Assembly (NCBI GenBank): GCA_963698465.1
Contig: CAVOQY010000013.1
Span: 228,559 to 292,558 of the forward strand
DNA from: an uncultured delta proteobacterium
GTDB taxonomy: Bacteria; Desulfobacterota; Desulfobacteria; Desulfobacterales; UBA2156
Direction of reading: 5' to 3'
DNA: 64,000 nt
Shown: one piece after another, positions 44,256 to 53,321 of the stretch
Numbering within the stretch: the first letter of the stretch is position 1
How the letters are laid out: each line of letters opens with the position of its first letter
Program-made: the position numbers and the translations under genes
The notes under the pieces: generated by a model
Told to the model about the DNA's origin: nothing
Databases searched by the model: none
Seen by the model: only the letters and a program-made list of their open reading frames with translations

Positions 44256-45135
44256 AGATTCGGTTGAAGTGCTTTTTCAGGCAAAACACCGGGGAAGACT
44301 CGTAGCGGCGAATCGCTTCCGCCGCAGTTTCGTTTGTCCGTTGAAGCGATTCGACGGTTTTTTTCAGCGAATCGATCTCGTTTTCTTTTTCGGCGACGGC
44401 CATTTTTTCGCCCGCCGTGATTTTTTTCAAAATATCGATCCTGACCAGCGCGTAGTCCAGCTCGGACCGGTACTCGTAAAGTTTCAGCTTGTCTTCGAAG
44501 TTGCAGTTTTTCATCTGCCTGAAGTAAAGGTCCCCCTTGGGAAACAGCACGCCCAGGCCCCACGAGTGGGGAAAAGAAAATCCGGGCGCCTTTGCGGAGA
44601 TCTCTTTCCAGAAGCGCACCGACTCATATTCCACCCCGTCGGCCACGTCATGAAACAGGACCACCCCGTTTTCTGCAAGCTTCGGGAGCCAGGAGAGGTA
44701 ATCGCTTCTGACGGCCTGGTACTCGTGGCATCCGTCGATGTGAAGGATGTCCACGGATCCTTCCTCCACGAGCGGGAGCGCTTTTTCGAATGTCGTCTTC
44801 AGCACACGGACACGGAGGCCGGCGAAAACCTCCCGGACCACCCTCTCGAAGGTCTCGAAGGCGTCTTTCTCGTAGGGCCCGGTGTGTTCGTCGCCTTCCC
44901 AGGTGTCGACAGCGATGCATTCCGGTTGAATCCCGAAGTCCTTGACCGCCTGGCAGAAGGCAAAAAAAGAGGTGCCCCAGTAGGCGCCCAGCTCGACGAA
45001 CCGCTTCGGGCGCACAAGGCGCACCAAATCGTAGGCGAACCTTCGGTGGCCGTTCCACGGCCAGATCCGGTAGTTCGGGCAGACCCCGTCTGCTTCGAAC
45101 GCGGGATCGCTGACGACCCACTTGCCCCGGTCCAA
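44242..45135 (-). CDS. Class I SAM-dependent methyltransferase (Methyltransf_24/CmcI-like) with a C-terminal coiled coil
   Basis: 297 aa; 'RFVELGAYWGTSFFAFCQA', 'AVDTWEGDEHTG', 'VDILHIDGCHEYQAV', 'GVVLFHD'. The TTG start abuts the fcl stop. Confidence 0.75.
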   Translation of the reverse strand: MDRGKWVVSDPAFEADGVCPNYRIWPWNGHRRFAYDLVRLVRPKRFVELGAYWGTSFFAFCQAVKDFGIQPECIAVDTWEGDEHTGPYEKDAFETFERVVREVFAGLRVRVLKTTFEKALPLVEEGSVDILHIDGCHEYQAVRSDYLSWLPKLAENGVVLFHDVADGVEYESVRFWKEISAKAPGFSFPHSWGLGVLFPKGDLYFRQMKNCNFEDKLKLYEYRSELDYALVRIDILKKITAGEKMAVAEKENEIDSLKKTVESLQRTNETAAEAIRRYESSPVFCLKKHFNRIFGNR

Positions 45136-46278
45136 CTACGCCTGTCCCTTCAGGGTTTGCGAAACGTACCAGTCCAGGGTTTTCCGGATCCCTTTCTCAA
45201 GCGGCGTCTTCGGCCGCCACCCCAACGCGTTGATGCGGGAGCTGTCCAGAAGCTTTTTGGGCGTGCCCTCTGGCTTGGAAACGTCGAAACGGATCTGACC
45301 TTCGTACCCTACGATTCCTCGGGTGGTTTCTGCCAGATCCTTTATCCGGATGTCTTTCCCTGCTCCGATGTTGATAAGTTCTCCGATGTCAGCGTAGCCG
45401 AAGCGTTCCATGAGGAACATACAGGCGTCCGCAAGGTCGTCCACATACAAAAACTCCCGAAAAACCTCTCCGCGCCCCCAAAGGGTCACGGCCTCGGCGG
45501 TGACGCCGATTTCCCCCAAGGCCCTCTCGACGGATTCGACGTCGCGGGGTTCCCGATCGAAATTAATGTTATACCCTAGTTTATTTATTTTAATATCTTG
45601 AATTAACTTGTTATTATTTAACTTGTTTTCCCGGATCTCTCTGAGGAGGCGGGCAAGGTAAAATTTCCGAATCAGGGCGGGGAGCACATGGGAGGTTTCT
45701 AGGTTGAAGTTGTCGCCGGGGCCGTAAAGGTTGGTCGGCATGGCTGAGATGAAGTCGGTCCGGTACTGCTGGTTGAAGTAGCGACACAGCTTGATGGCAG
45801 AGATTTTAGCAACAGCGTAGGCTTCGTTGGTGGGTTCAAGGGCGCCCGTCAAGAGGGATTCCTCTTTTATCGGCTGGGCGGCAAATTTCGGATAGATGCA
45901 CGAAGAACCCAGGTTGAGAAGTTTCTTCACGCGGTGCTCGAAGGCCGCCCGGATGACGTTGGCCGCTATCATCATGTTTTCGTAGATGAAATCGGCCGGA
46001 TAGGTGCTGTTGGCCAATATTCCCCCGACCTTTGCAGCCGCCAAAAAGACATACTCGGGCTTTTCTTCTTCAAAAAAAGCGCTCACCACCCCCTGACGCG
46101 TCAGGTCGATTTCGACCCGGCGGATGGACCCGAAGCCGTAACCGTCTTCCAAATCGGGCCTGCGCGTGTGGATGCTTCCAGTGATATTCAGATACCCGGC
46201 ATCCGTCAGCTTCCGGCAGATGGCGCTTCCCACCATGCCGGCGGCGCCTGCCACAAATATTTTGGAGGCCTTATCCAT
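45136..46278 (-). CDS. fcl: GDP-L-fucose synthase (GDP-4-keto-6-deoxymannose 3,5-epimerase/4-reductase), long-insert variant
   Basis: The track ORF extends to 46584, but the N-terminal 102 aa are R/G/P-rich and overlap gmd. The real start is ATG 46278 ('MDKASKIFVAGAAGMVGSAICRKL'). 'YAVAKISAIKLC' (YxxxK) and 'VTLWGRGEVFREFLYVDDLA'. 381 aa. Confidence 0.9.
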   Translation of the reverse strand: MDKASKIFVAGAAGMVGSAICRKLTDAGYLNITGSIHTRRPDLEDGYGFGSIRRVEIDLTRQGVVSAFFEEEKPEYVFLAAAKVGGILANSTYPADFIYENMMIAANVIRAAFEHRVKKLLNLGSSCIYPKFAAQPIKEESLLTGALEPTNEAYAVAKISAIKLCRYFNQQYRTDFISAMPTNLYGPGDNFNLETSHVLPALIRKFYLARLLREIRENKLNNNKLIQDIKINKLGYNINFDREPRDVESVERALGEIGVTAEAVTLWGRGEVFREFLYVDDLADACMFLMERFGYADIGELINIGAGKDIRIKDLAETTRGIVGYEGQIRFDVSKPEGTPKKLLDSSRINALGWRPKTPLEKGIRKTLDWYVSQTLKGQA

Positions 46279-46286
46279 GTCTTTCT

Positions 46287-47411
46287 CTAAGCATCGTTTC
46301 TTGAAAACGTCCGGAACCCTTCCATCTTGCAGAAACGGTCCCTTTCGGCTTCCCGGATGTCTTCGCTTACCATTTCGGACACCAGGGCATCGAAGGAGAT
46401 GCGCGGCTCCCAGCCCAGTTTCTTCTTCGCTTTCCCGGCGTCTCCCAAAAGGGTGTCCACCTCGGTGGGCCGGTGGTATTTCGGGTCGATCTCCACCACG
46501 GTGTCTCCGTTTTTCAGGCCCGACTCCTTTCCGCCCGAAAACGAAGCGACGATCCCTTTTTCGTGGATGCCCTTCCCTTCCCATCGGATTTCCACCCCGA
46601 TTTGGGCAAACGCTTTTTCTGCGAACTGCCGCACCGAGTACTGCTTCCCGGTAGCGATAACGTAATCGTCGGGCTCATCCTGCTGGAGCATCAGCCACAT
46701 GGCCTCCACGTAGTCCTTGGCATGACCCCAGTCCCTTTTGGCGTCGAGGTTGCCGAGAAAAAGCTCTTTCTGGAGCCCCAGGTGGATCCGGGCCACAGAC
46801 CGGGTGATCTTCCGGCTCACGAAGGTCTCCCCCCGTATGGGGGACTCGTGGTTGAAAAGAATCCCGTTGCAGGCAAAAAGGCCATAGGCCTCCCGGTAAT
46901 TGACCGTGATCCAAAAGGCGTAAAGCTTGGCCGCCCCGTAAGGACTGCGGGGGTAAAAGGGCGTTTTTTCCGTCTGTGGGATCTCCTGGGCCTTGCCGTA
47001 AAGCTCCGACGTCGAGGCCTGGTAGAACCGGACCCGGTCTCCCATGTTCAGTATCCGCATCGCCTCCAGGATCCGCAGGGTCCCTAATGCGTCCGAGTTC
47101 GCCGTGTACTCCGCCGTCTCGAAGGAAACCGCCACGTGGGACTGGGCCCCCAGGTTATAGATCTCGTCGGGCTGCACCTCCTGGATGACCCGGATCAGGT
47201 TCGTGCTGTCCGTCAGGTCTCCGTAATGCAGGAAAAACCGGCGCTGTTTCTCGTGGGGATCCTGGTACAGGTGGTCGATCCGGTCTGTGTTGAAAAGCGA
47301 ACTCCGCCTCTTGATGCCATGGACTTTGTACCCCTTGTTCAAGAGAAACTCTGCGAGATATGCCCCGTCCTGGCCGGTGATGCCTGTGATCAGTGCAGTT
47401 TTGTTTTCCAT
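46287..47411 (-). CDS. gmd: GDP-mannose 4,6-dehydratase
   Basis: Start taken at ATG 47411 ('[38 protein letters not shown]'), which overlaps the upstream TGA by 1 nt (TGATG). '[10 protein letters not shown]'. 374 aa. Confidence 0.95.
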   Translation of the reverse strand: MENKTALITGITGQDGAYLAEFLLNKGYKVHGIKRRSSLFNTDRIDHLYQDPHEKQRRFFLHYGDLTDSTNLIRVIQEVQPDEIYNLGAQSHVAVSFETAEYTANSDALGTLRILEAMRILNMGDRVRFYQASTSELYGKAQEIPQTEKTPFYPRSPYGAAKLYAFWITVNYREAYGLFACNGILFNHESPIRGETFVSRKITRSVARIHLGLQKELFLGNLDAKRDWGHAKDYVEAMWLMLQQDEPDDYVIATGKQYSVRQFAEKAFAQIGVEIRWEGKGIHEKGIVASFSGGKESGLKNGDTVVEIDPKYHRPTEVDTLLGDAGKAKKKLGWEPRISFDALVSEMVSEDIREAERDRFCKMEGFRTFSRNDA

Positions 47412-49228
47412 CAACTGTCGCTCCATCTGTTTATGATTTGTTTCCGATTCATGGCCGAAATGATGAATAGCGGGATCGCCTGGACCGTCAGCCGGTTCCA
47501 TGACGCGCCGAACTGTTGCGCAGTGTGCCCATAGTACCCCAAATTGACGAGCAGGTACCCTATCAGCAGCCCTATCGGAAGCATCATGTCGATCTTACGG
47601 AACCTGTCCCCCTTGAAGAGATCCCACAAAACAGCCGCCGCAAGAAAGAACAAAACGATATTCCACTGCCGGATGTCTATCCACATCCTGCCGATTGCTA
47701 CCAGAGCCTCCGGGAGGCGTCCCAGCATGAGTGAAACCATGTTCGCATCCCAGGACATCCCCGCTAGTGCATCCGACCCCAGGTTCAAAACGACTTTAGT
47801 CCAGTAAAACCATGGGGCATAGAGGGCAGCAAAAGGGACGGCAAAAAGAAAGACCGCATCCTTCCACCTTCTGCAATTGGAGGCTAACAGCCACAGAAAG
47901 CACAAACAAGCGAAAAGGATCCCCTCGTTTTTTGTATACGCTGCCGCAGCGGCAAAAACGGCCGCGGCCAGCAAGTGGCTTCCTTTCTGACCGGTTCTCC
48001 ACCGTATCATGGCCCCGAAACAGCAGGTGATCATCAGCCACAAGGGGGCTTCTGCGTAGCTCCAGGAGGCGATCAAGGGCACCATGGGAACCGAGAGAAA
48101 GACGGCAGCGGCCAGGAGCGCCTTTTCGTGGGTCCCGCCGTTTTCTTTCAAAATCGTGCAGATCTGCCAGGCAGCAAGCAGCATGAAGATCGGTCCCCAC
48201 CCCCTGCTCCAGTGTTCTTCCCATCCCCCGGCCAACCAGCCGGAAAATGCCCACACGGCCGGCCACAGGAGGGGATAATCCGGATGCCCGAAACGGGTGA
48301 CGTCTTCCAGGGGACCGTGACCAAGGGCCATTACCTTCGCCTTAGCACCCCAAATCGCCCAAGCGTCCCAGTCATCCGGCACGACGACTACAGACATGGC
48401 CATCGACCAGATGAAAACCGAAACCAAAACCAAGCCGAGCAACGCCGGACTGATATGAACTGTAATTGCTTCCAATCTTCGAACAATTCCACGCCCGTCA
48501 TTCCGGCAAAAACCGGAATCCAAAAATTTCAAGAAGTTTTGAATGGCACTTCCATTCCACCATGCCCTAAAATGTCCTTTTCTAAAATTGAGTACAGCAA
48601 CGCTTAATCTCACAGGCCAACCCAAAGAACCTGCAATGGAAAACAATAGAAACCCCTTTCGGGGATTGCCATTCCAAAAAACAGAAAGAATCGCGCATGC
48701 CATCAGCAGGAAAGAAGAAACGGCTACAAGTTCGGGGATACTTGCCTGCGACCCACGAAGAAGCGTCCCCACCAGTATCCCGACCCCCAAAATGCATGCG
48801 AGCGAAAAAAATAAACCTTGTAACCTGGGCGAGTCTGGATAGTTGCGTTTGACGTCAACGGAAGTAGGTTTCCCATGAAATTCTAACTGATCCCCTTTGG
48901 CTTCAATCCAATAGCTGCTTTCTTCGGAAGGAATTCTGGGAATCAGCAAATATTTGAGATAGGAAAGTAGGTTATGGTCCCCGGAATGACGGTAATACGA
49001 ACCCAAAGGCCATTTGGATTCGATCTTTTCGTATGCGAAAAGAACCGATCTGGGTATTCCTGCCCTCCTGAATACCTCCTCCCTCTGAGTTTGGACCTCT
49101 TTGCCCAGGTACAAGGCCCGCTCCCTTTCCCACCAGAGGCGGTACATCATGGCAATCGACGCGACCGTGACCAAACCCCATGCCGCAATCGCAACCCAGG
49201 TGATGTCCATTATCTTCTTCTTGGCCAA
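47411..49228 (-). CDS. Polytopic membrane protein, probable GT-C-like glycosyltransferase, with a REP half-element embedded in-frame
   Basis: 605 aa; '[18 protein letters not shown]', '[10 protein letters not shown]', '[12 protein letters not shown]'. Many TM helices. TTG start at 49228, with an alternative ATG at 49210. Confidence 0.6.
   Translation of the reverse strand: MAKKKIMDITWVAIAAWGLVTVASIAMMYRLWWERERALYLGKEVQTQREEVFRRAGIPRSVLFAYEKIESKWPLGSYYRHSGDHNLLSYLKYLLIPRIPSEESSYWIEAKGDQLEFHGKPTSVDVKRNYPDSPRLQGLFFSLACILGVGILVGTLLRGSQASIPELVAVSSFLLMACAILSVFWNGNPRKGFLLFSIAGSLGWPVRLSVAVLNFRKGHFRAWWNGSAIQNFLKFLDSGFCRNDGRGIVRRLEAITVHISPALLGLVLVSVFIWSMAMSVVVVPDDWDAWAIWGAKAKVMALGHGPLEDVTRFGHPDYPLLWPAVWAFSGWLAGGWEEHWSRGWGPIFMLLAAWQICTILKENGGTHEKALLAAAVFLSVPMVPLIASWSYAEAPLWLMITCCFGAMIRWRTGQKGSHLLAAAVFAAAAAYTKNEGILFACLCFLWLLASNCRRWKDAVFLFAVPFAALYAPWFYWTKVVLNLGSDALAGMSWDANMVSLMLGRLPEALVAIGRMWIDIRQWNIVLFFLAAAVLWDLFKGDRFRKIDMMLPIGLLIGYLLVNLGYYGHTAQQFGASWNRLTVQAIPLFIISAMNRKQIINRWSDS
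48496..48548 (-). repeat. REP-family half element (hairpin 1 + spacer) inside a CDS, copy D
   Basis: ccgtcattccggcaaaaaccggaatccaaaaatttcaagaagttttgaatgg aligns with tcgtcatcccggcaaaagccgggatccagtcatttcaaatagttctggatgcc of copy B. It is translated as ..[15 protein letters not shown].. Confidence 0.75.
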
Positions 49229-49230
49229 CT

Positions 49231-51522
49231 TTAGTAAGCAGCCGGAACTCTGAAAATGATGATGCCGTCGTTTTCGAAAACCTTTTCGAAACGGGAATCG
49301 GAACGCAGATCTTTAACAAAATAGGTGGGATACACGCCGAGGTTGAGGATTTCCGGATAAACTTCTGCGATGAGGTGCTTCTTAACCACCACTGCACCAA
49401 TCCCGAATTCGTTGAGCATCCGGATCCGGTCGTCATTGTCAGCGTGCCAGAATTCCCTGAGTTTGTAACCGAGGTACCAATTGTGGGGAACCGGGAAAAG
49501 CCGGTAATTGCCCTCAGGGTACATGAACACCGTTTTTGGCGTTGTTCGGTTCTCTTTCAGGAATGATATTGCTTCCTGCGTTTCCGGAGTTACCCTCCTT
49601 AGATGGTATGTTTTTGCAAAAACATAACCCGCCTGTAGCACTGCAAGAGCTGCCAGGACGGCGATGATCATTTTCGCCCTGGGAAGCCGCACGGTTTGTT
49701 CGGCAAAAGGTAAGATCAAAAAAGGTAAACCCGGAAGAAAGAACCTCGCATCCGGCGCGGTACGCAAGAAAAGCGCAGCAATGACAGTATACGACAGCCC
49801 GACGAAAAAAAGCCACGGGCTCGAAGAAGCCGAAATCGCTGAGCGTAGGATTTTCAGCCGGATGAAAACATAAGAAATAGCTCCCGCCAAAACGAGCAAC
49901 CAGAGAACGAGTCCTCCGTAAATGAACCAATTTTCAGCGATCCTGAGATCCCCCGGGTGGTTTGCGATGATTTCGACTTCGTAAGGTGTCACCGCTTTTG
50001 GCTCTTTGGAGATATTCAGATCGTATTCAGGTCTTGATTTTTTAGAAAGTCGGCTTGCCGTCAAAAGCTCTTTTTCTTCGTGCTTTGTGAAAGCTGCCAG
50101 TATTTCCCTCGCCTTTTGAACTGGATAAAATTCGGCTTCTGCATGCTTCTTGAGGATTTGTTCCATAGACAGCAGAAAGGTAAAAAGGATAACCACCGCA
50201 CAGGAAATCCGAAAGGCACCTTTAAACCGTTGTTTCGCTTTCAGCTCGGTAATGGCGAACAGGAAAAAAAAGGCGGGTAGAAACAACAATGCAGTTATTT
50301 TGAACCCCACGGCAAAACATAGGAACAAAGTGCTTACGAGCCACCTCCTCTTTTGTAAAAAATAAAACGCTGTCACCGCCTGCGCAGTCATCGGGACGTC
50401 TTGGTAGAAGGTAACCGAAAAAATGATCCCCAGGGGGAGAGAAGCGATGACCATCAAAAATAAGAGGGCGGACCTGTCCTGGACACCTCCTCTGGATTTC
50501 GAAAGAAGATAGCAAAACGTGAGCAACTGTGCCCAGAAGATAGACTGGTAGAGCTGAACCGCTGAAAACCGTTCCCCTGAAACCCGGTAGAAGAGAGCCC
50601 CTAAGTAATGCCAGATGAAAGGATGCGGGTACCGACGAATTTCAGTTTCCCCATATTCCGTGGGCACGGCGGCGTAGAAGTTGGGTTTGGAGAGGTACGC
50701 CGCCTGTTTTTTCAGCATGAAAAAATGGGTGACCTCATCGCCCACCATCGGTTCCGGCGTTTTCAGCCCGACATAGAGCACCGCAATGACGGAAAGCGGA
50801 ATTAAAAAATATGCGGTGGCCTGTGATCCTCTGACTTTACGGGATGCGAGAACTGAAGTATTTTGTCTTTTTTCGCTTTCCAGAGTGTGCGAGTTTCTGA
50901 AAACGGCAACGCTTTTATCAATTTCAACCGGCTCTTTTGGTCTTTCTAAATGCTTGGCCAATCGTTCGATTCTTTGTTCCAGCAAAACGATGCGCTGTGC
51001 GATCTGGGTTTGGTTCTTCCGAAAGGTTGAAAACGATATGGAAAAATGGAACGCAATAAGAAGCAAAAAGGTAAAGAGGATCCCGACGACTGCGGTATCG
51101 TAGTCCGTCCCGAGAAGCGCCTTGAAAATGCTCAAGATTCCGGGGAAAAAAGCTGCTGTCAGAATGATGACGCCGGTTGCAATCCACAAGATTGCGTAAC
51201 GTTCCTGGAGGTGGGACCGCCTGATCGCTTCCAGGGCGATCACCATAACGATGAAGCTCAAAAGGATCATCAGGATTCGGACGCGCGCGAGGTAGCTGGT
51301 ATTTGCTAAATAGTGCGCGATTGCCGGGTCGAGGGCAACGATTACCATCAAAATCCCTGCAGACAGCCCAAGAGCGCCGGTCAGCGCCCGTATTCGGCGT
51401 TCCCACAACCCGGCTGCCGAAACAATGGATATCAAAAGGCCTAGAAAGGCTGCGACAACCCGCGGGACCGTCACCCCAACCCATTTGGCGATAAACAGCA
51501 ATATTGAATCGTAAAGGGTCAT
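49231..51522 (-). CDS. Fusion of a DUF2304-like N-terminal membrane domain with a GT-C (ArnT/PMT-like) glycosyltransferase
   Basis: 763 aa. The N-terminal ~190 aa are a 4-TM unit ending in 'IAQRIVLLEQRIERLAKHLE'. Then 'VGDEVTHFFMLKKQA' (acidic first loop) and at least 9 TM helices, followed by a C-terminal soluble domain. Confidence 0.7.
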   Translation of the reverse strand: MTLYDSILLFIAKWVGVTVPRVVAAFLGLLISIVSAAGLWERRIRALTGALGLSAGILMVIVALDPAIAHYLANTSYLARVRILMILLSFIVMVIALEAIRRSHLQERYAILWIATGVIILTAAFFPGILSIFKALLGTDYDTAVVGILFTFLLLIAFHFSISFSTFRKNQTQIAQRIVLLEQRIERLAKHLERPKEPVEIDKSVAVFRNSHTLESEKRQNTSVLASRKVRGSQATAYFLIPLSVIAVLYVGLKTPEPMVGDEVTHFFMLKKQAAYLSKPNFYAAVPTEYGETEIRRYPHPFIWHYLGALFYRVSGERFSAVQLYQSIFWAQLLTFCYLLSKSRGGVQDRSALLFLMVIASLPLGIIFSVTFYQDVPMTAQAVTAFYFLQKRRWLVSTLFLCFAVGFKITALLFLPAFFFLFAITELKAKQRFKGAFRISCAVVILFTFLLSMEQILKKHAEAEFYPVQKAREILAAFTKHEEKELLTASRLSKKSRPEYDLNISKEPKAVTPYEVEIIANHPGDLRIAENWFIYGGLVLWLLVLAGAISYVFIRLKILRSAISASSSPWLFFVGLSYTVIAALFLRTAPDARFFLPGLPFLILPFAEQTVRLPRAKMIIAVLAALAVLQAGYVFAKTYHLRRVTPETQEAISFLKENRTTPKTVFMYPEGNYRLFPVPHNWYLGYKLREFWHADNDDRIRMLNEFGIGAVVVKKHLIAEVYPEILNLGVYPTYFVKDLRSDSRFEKVFENDGIIIFRVPAAY

Positions 51523-51604
51523 GAAATCACTGATGAATTTCGATCTGAAGCATGTTTAGAGTCTTTTAAAATTATCAATCTTTCATTTCTATGAGAATCT
51601 GTGA

Positions 51605-51720
51605 CCTTTAGTAATTCGACGTCCGTCACCCCGGCGAAAGCTGGGGTCCAGGAATTTCAACTGCTTCTGGATGCAGGATCAAGGCCGGCATGACTGAAAT
51701 AGCCGTTTTTAAATGATCTC
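51605..51720 (-). repeat. REP/MITE-like double-hairpin element, copy C (more diverged)
   Basis: cctttagtaattcgacgtccgtcaccccggcgaaagctggggtccaggaatttcaactgcttctggatgcaggatcaaggccggcatgactgaaatagccgtttttaaatgatctc. Its right end overlaps the last codons and TAA of the GT2 gene (51709-51711). Confidence 0.8.
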
Positions 51721-52467
51721 TCTTTCTTTGATATCCTTCAATCTTTCTTTAACGAACCGGGCATTCAGTGGCCGGATTCGATCAATCAACAGAGCCAATC
51801 CTACCTTTAGCATGTAGTAAATCGCACCGAATCCATGAATTGTCGATTTTCCCCGCGTTCGGGGACGGAAAATAACCGGAACCTCGACATACCGGAAACC
51901 GTGTCTTCTCAGAAGTGCGATCGCTTCCGGTTCAGGGTATTCTGAGGGATAGTCGTTGGAAAAATAATACAGAAGTTTTCGGTTGACGGCCCAGAAACCG
52001 GATGTCGGATCCGTCACCTTGCTCCTGCAAATCGTCGAAAGAAAAAACGCCAGAACTTTGATCCCGATTGATCGAAGGGCCGTGTTTTCGTAGGATCTTC
52101 TGCCGACATAACGTGATCCGATGACAAGATCAGCATCCGCGCTTTGAATCTTTTCAACCAAGATGGGAATCTCTGATGGTGGGTGCTGTCCGTCCCCGTC
52201 GACACGAATGACTATGCTATACCCATTCTCGTATGCGTATTTGAACCCCGCCTGAACGGCACATCCAACGCCGAGATTGCATGGCAGATCCAATACGACC
52301 ACGTTTTTAGAATGCGCGATATTTGAGGTATCATCTTTCGAGCCATCATTGACGACGATGATCTGCCCGATTTGCTCGACGACTTTGACTTCATCAATGA
52401 TTGCTCCGATACTTTCCTCTTCATTGTATGCGGGAATTATAACCGCAATTTTCTCTTTGCACATCAT
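51709..52467 (-). CDS. GT2 glycosyltransferase, Dpm1/GtrB-like (polyprenyl-phosphate sugar synthase type)
   Basis: 252 aa; 'IAVIIPAYNEEESI', 'IIVVNDGSKDDT', 'VIRVDGDGQHPP'. Confidence 0.85.
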   Translation of the reverse strand: MMCKEKIAVIIPAYNEEESIGAIIDEVKVVEQIGQIIVVNDGSKDDTSNIAHSKNVVVLDLPCNLGVGCAVQAGFKYAYENGYSIVIRVDGDGQHPPSEIPILVEKIQSADADLVIGSRYVGRRSYENTALRSIGIKVLAFFLSTICRSKVTDPTSGFWAVNRKLLYYFSNDYPSEYPEPEAIALLRRHGFRYVEVPVIFRPRTRGKSTIHGFGAIYYMLKVGLALLIDRIRPLNARFVKERLKDIKEREII

Positions 52468-52510
52468 TGCATCTGATCTTTATTAAATGATTCTCTAAGA
52501 CAGGGATTAT

Positions 52511-53284
52511 TCAACGACAAGTGTCGAATGGCTTTAGATACAACCACGGGGTGGGATAACTTCTTTCCAGAATAAGCTGCAGCTTCCATTTGTCAGGCAC
52601 CATCCTGCCGCCTATTTTATTTCTACGATAATAGTCAATATCTCGAGCCTGATTGGCTATGATCGCGTGGGAATGCGTATTTTGAAATCTTTGGATTATT
52701 TGTTCGAGCAAATTTCTTCGATCATTGTTGTGAATCTCGACGATACAGGTGACGTACTTCAACGGAGGTATTTTTTCCACATCCAGAAGCTCACTTTCGT
52801 ATCCTTCCACATCGATCAATAATAATTTCTTGCCATTATGTGTCTCCAAATCCCGCTTGAAAATCAATGGATCGCACTTCCCTCTAATCTGAATTCTACT
52901 GTTAATCTTATTAATTTTCGCCAGTTCTTTGATTTGTTTTGAATAGGATTCATTCATTTCATAGGCCAAGATTTCAATATTCGGGTTTATAAATGCTGCT
53001 CCTATTGCATAGTAACCTTCCGCTGCACCTATATTCATAAAGCATTTAATACCGCTCTTGATTTCCGAGGAGAATACGCCGGCTATTTCCTTTTCATACG
53101 AGCCCAATATTTTCGGATAAAAAGCGCTGCCGACATCGATCGACCAGATGTATTTTAAGCCCTTAAAAAGGCCATCGACGACTCGAGGCGTTAAAATTCC
53201 AAAAAAGCAGAACAGCACCAATCTGCGCTTTAACTCTATTGGCAATCTGCTAAGCATGTAAGCATTTAAGGTGATGATAAACAA
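52511..53284 (-). CDS. FkbM-family methyltransferase
   Basis: 257 aa; 'FMNIGAAEGYYAIGAAF', 'ILAYEMNE', 'LLLIDVEGYESELL'. Low-GC gene. Confidence 0.75.
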   Translation of the reverse strand: MFIITLNAYMLSRLPIELKRRLVLFCFFGILTPRVVDGLFKGLKYIWSIDVGSAFYPKILGSYEKEIAGVFSSEIKSGIKCFMNIGAAEGYYAIGAAFINPNIEILAYEMNESYSKQIKELAKINKINSRIQIRGKCDPLIFKRDLETHNGKKLLLIDVEGYESELLDVEKIPPLKYVTCIVEIHNNDRRNLLEQIIQRFQNTHSHAIIANQARDIDYYRRNKIGGRMVPDKWKLQLILERSYPTPWLYLKPFDTCR

Positions 53285-53321
53285 TTCCGCTGTGGGCGTT
53301 TTCTCAAGAATTGTTTAAAAG

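Noticed and set aside
44113-45579. 488-aa plus-strand ORF
   Set aside because: It is antisense to the methyltransferase (44242..45135) and fcl, both with strong motifs, and has no motif of its own.
46279-46584. N-terminal 102-aa extension of the fcl ORF, and similarly 47412..47501 for gmd
   Set aside because: The extensions are R/G/P-rich and overlap the 3' ends of the upstream genes. Canonical N-termini (MDKASKIFVAGAAGMVG; [16 protein letters not shown]) start at internal ATGs placed 8 nt after, or 1 nt overlapping, the upstream stops.
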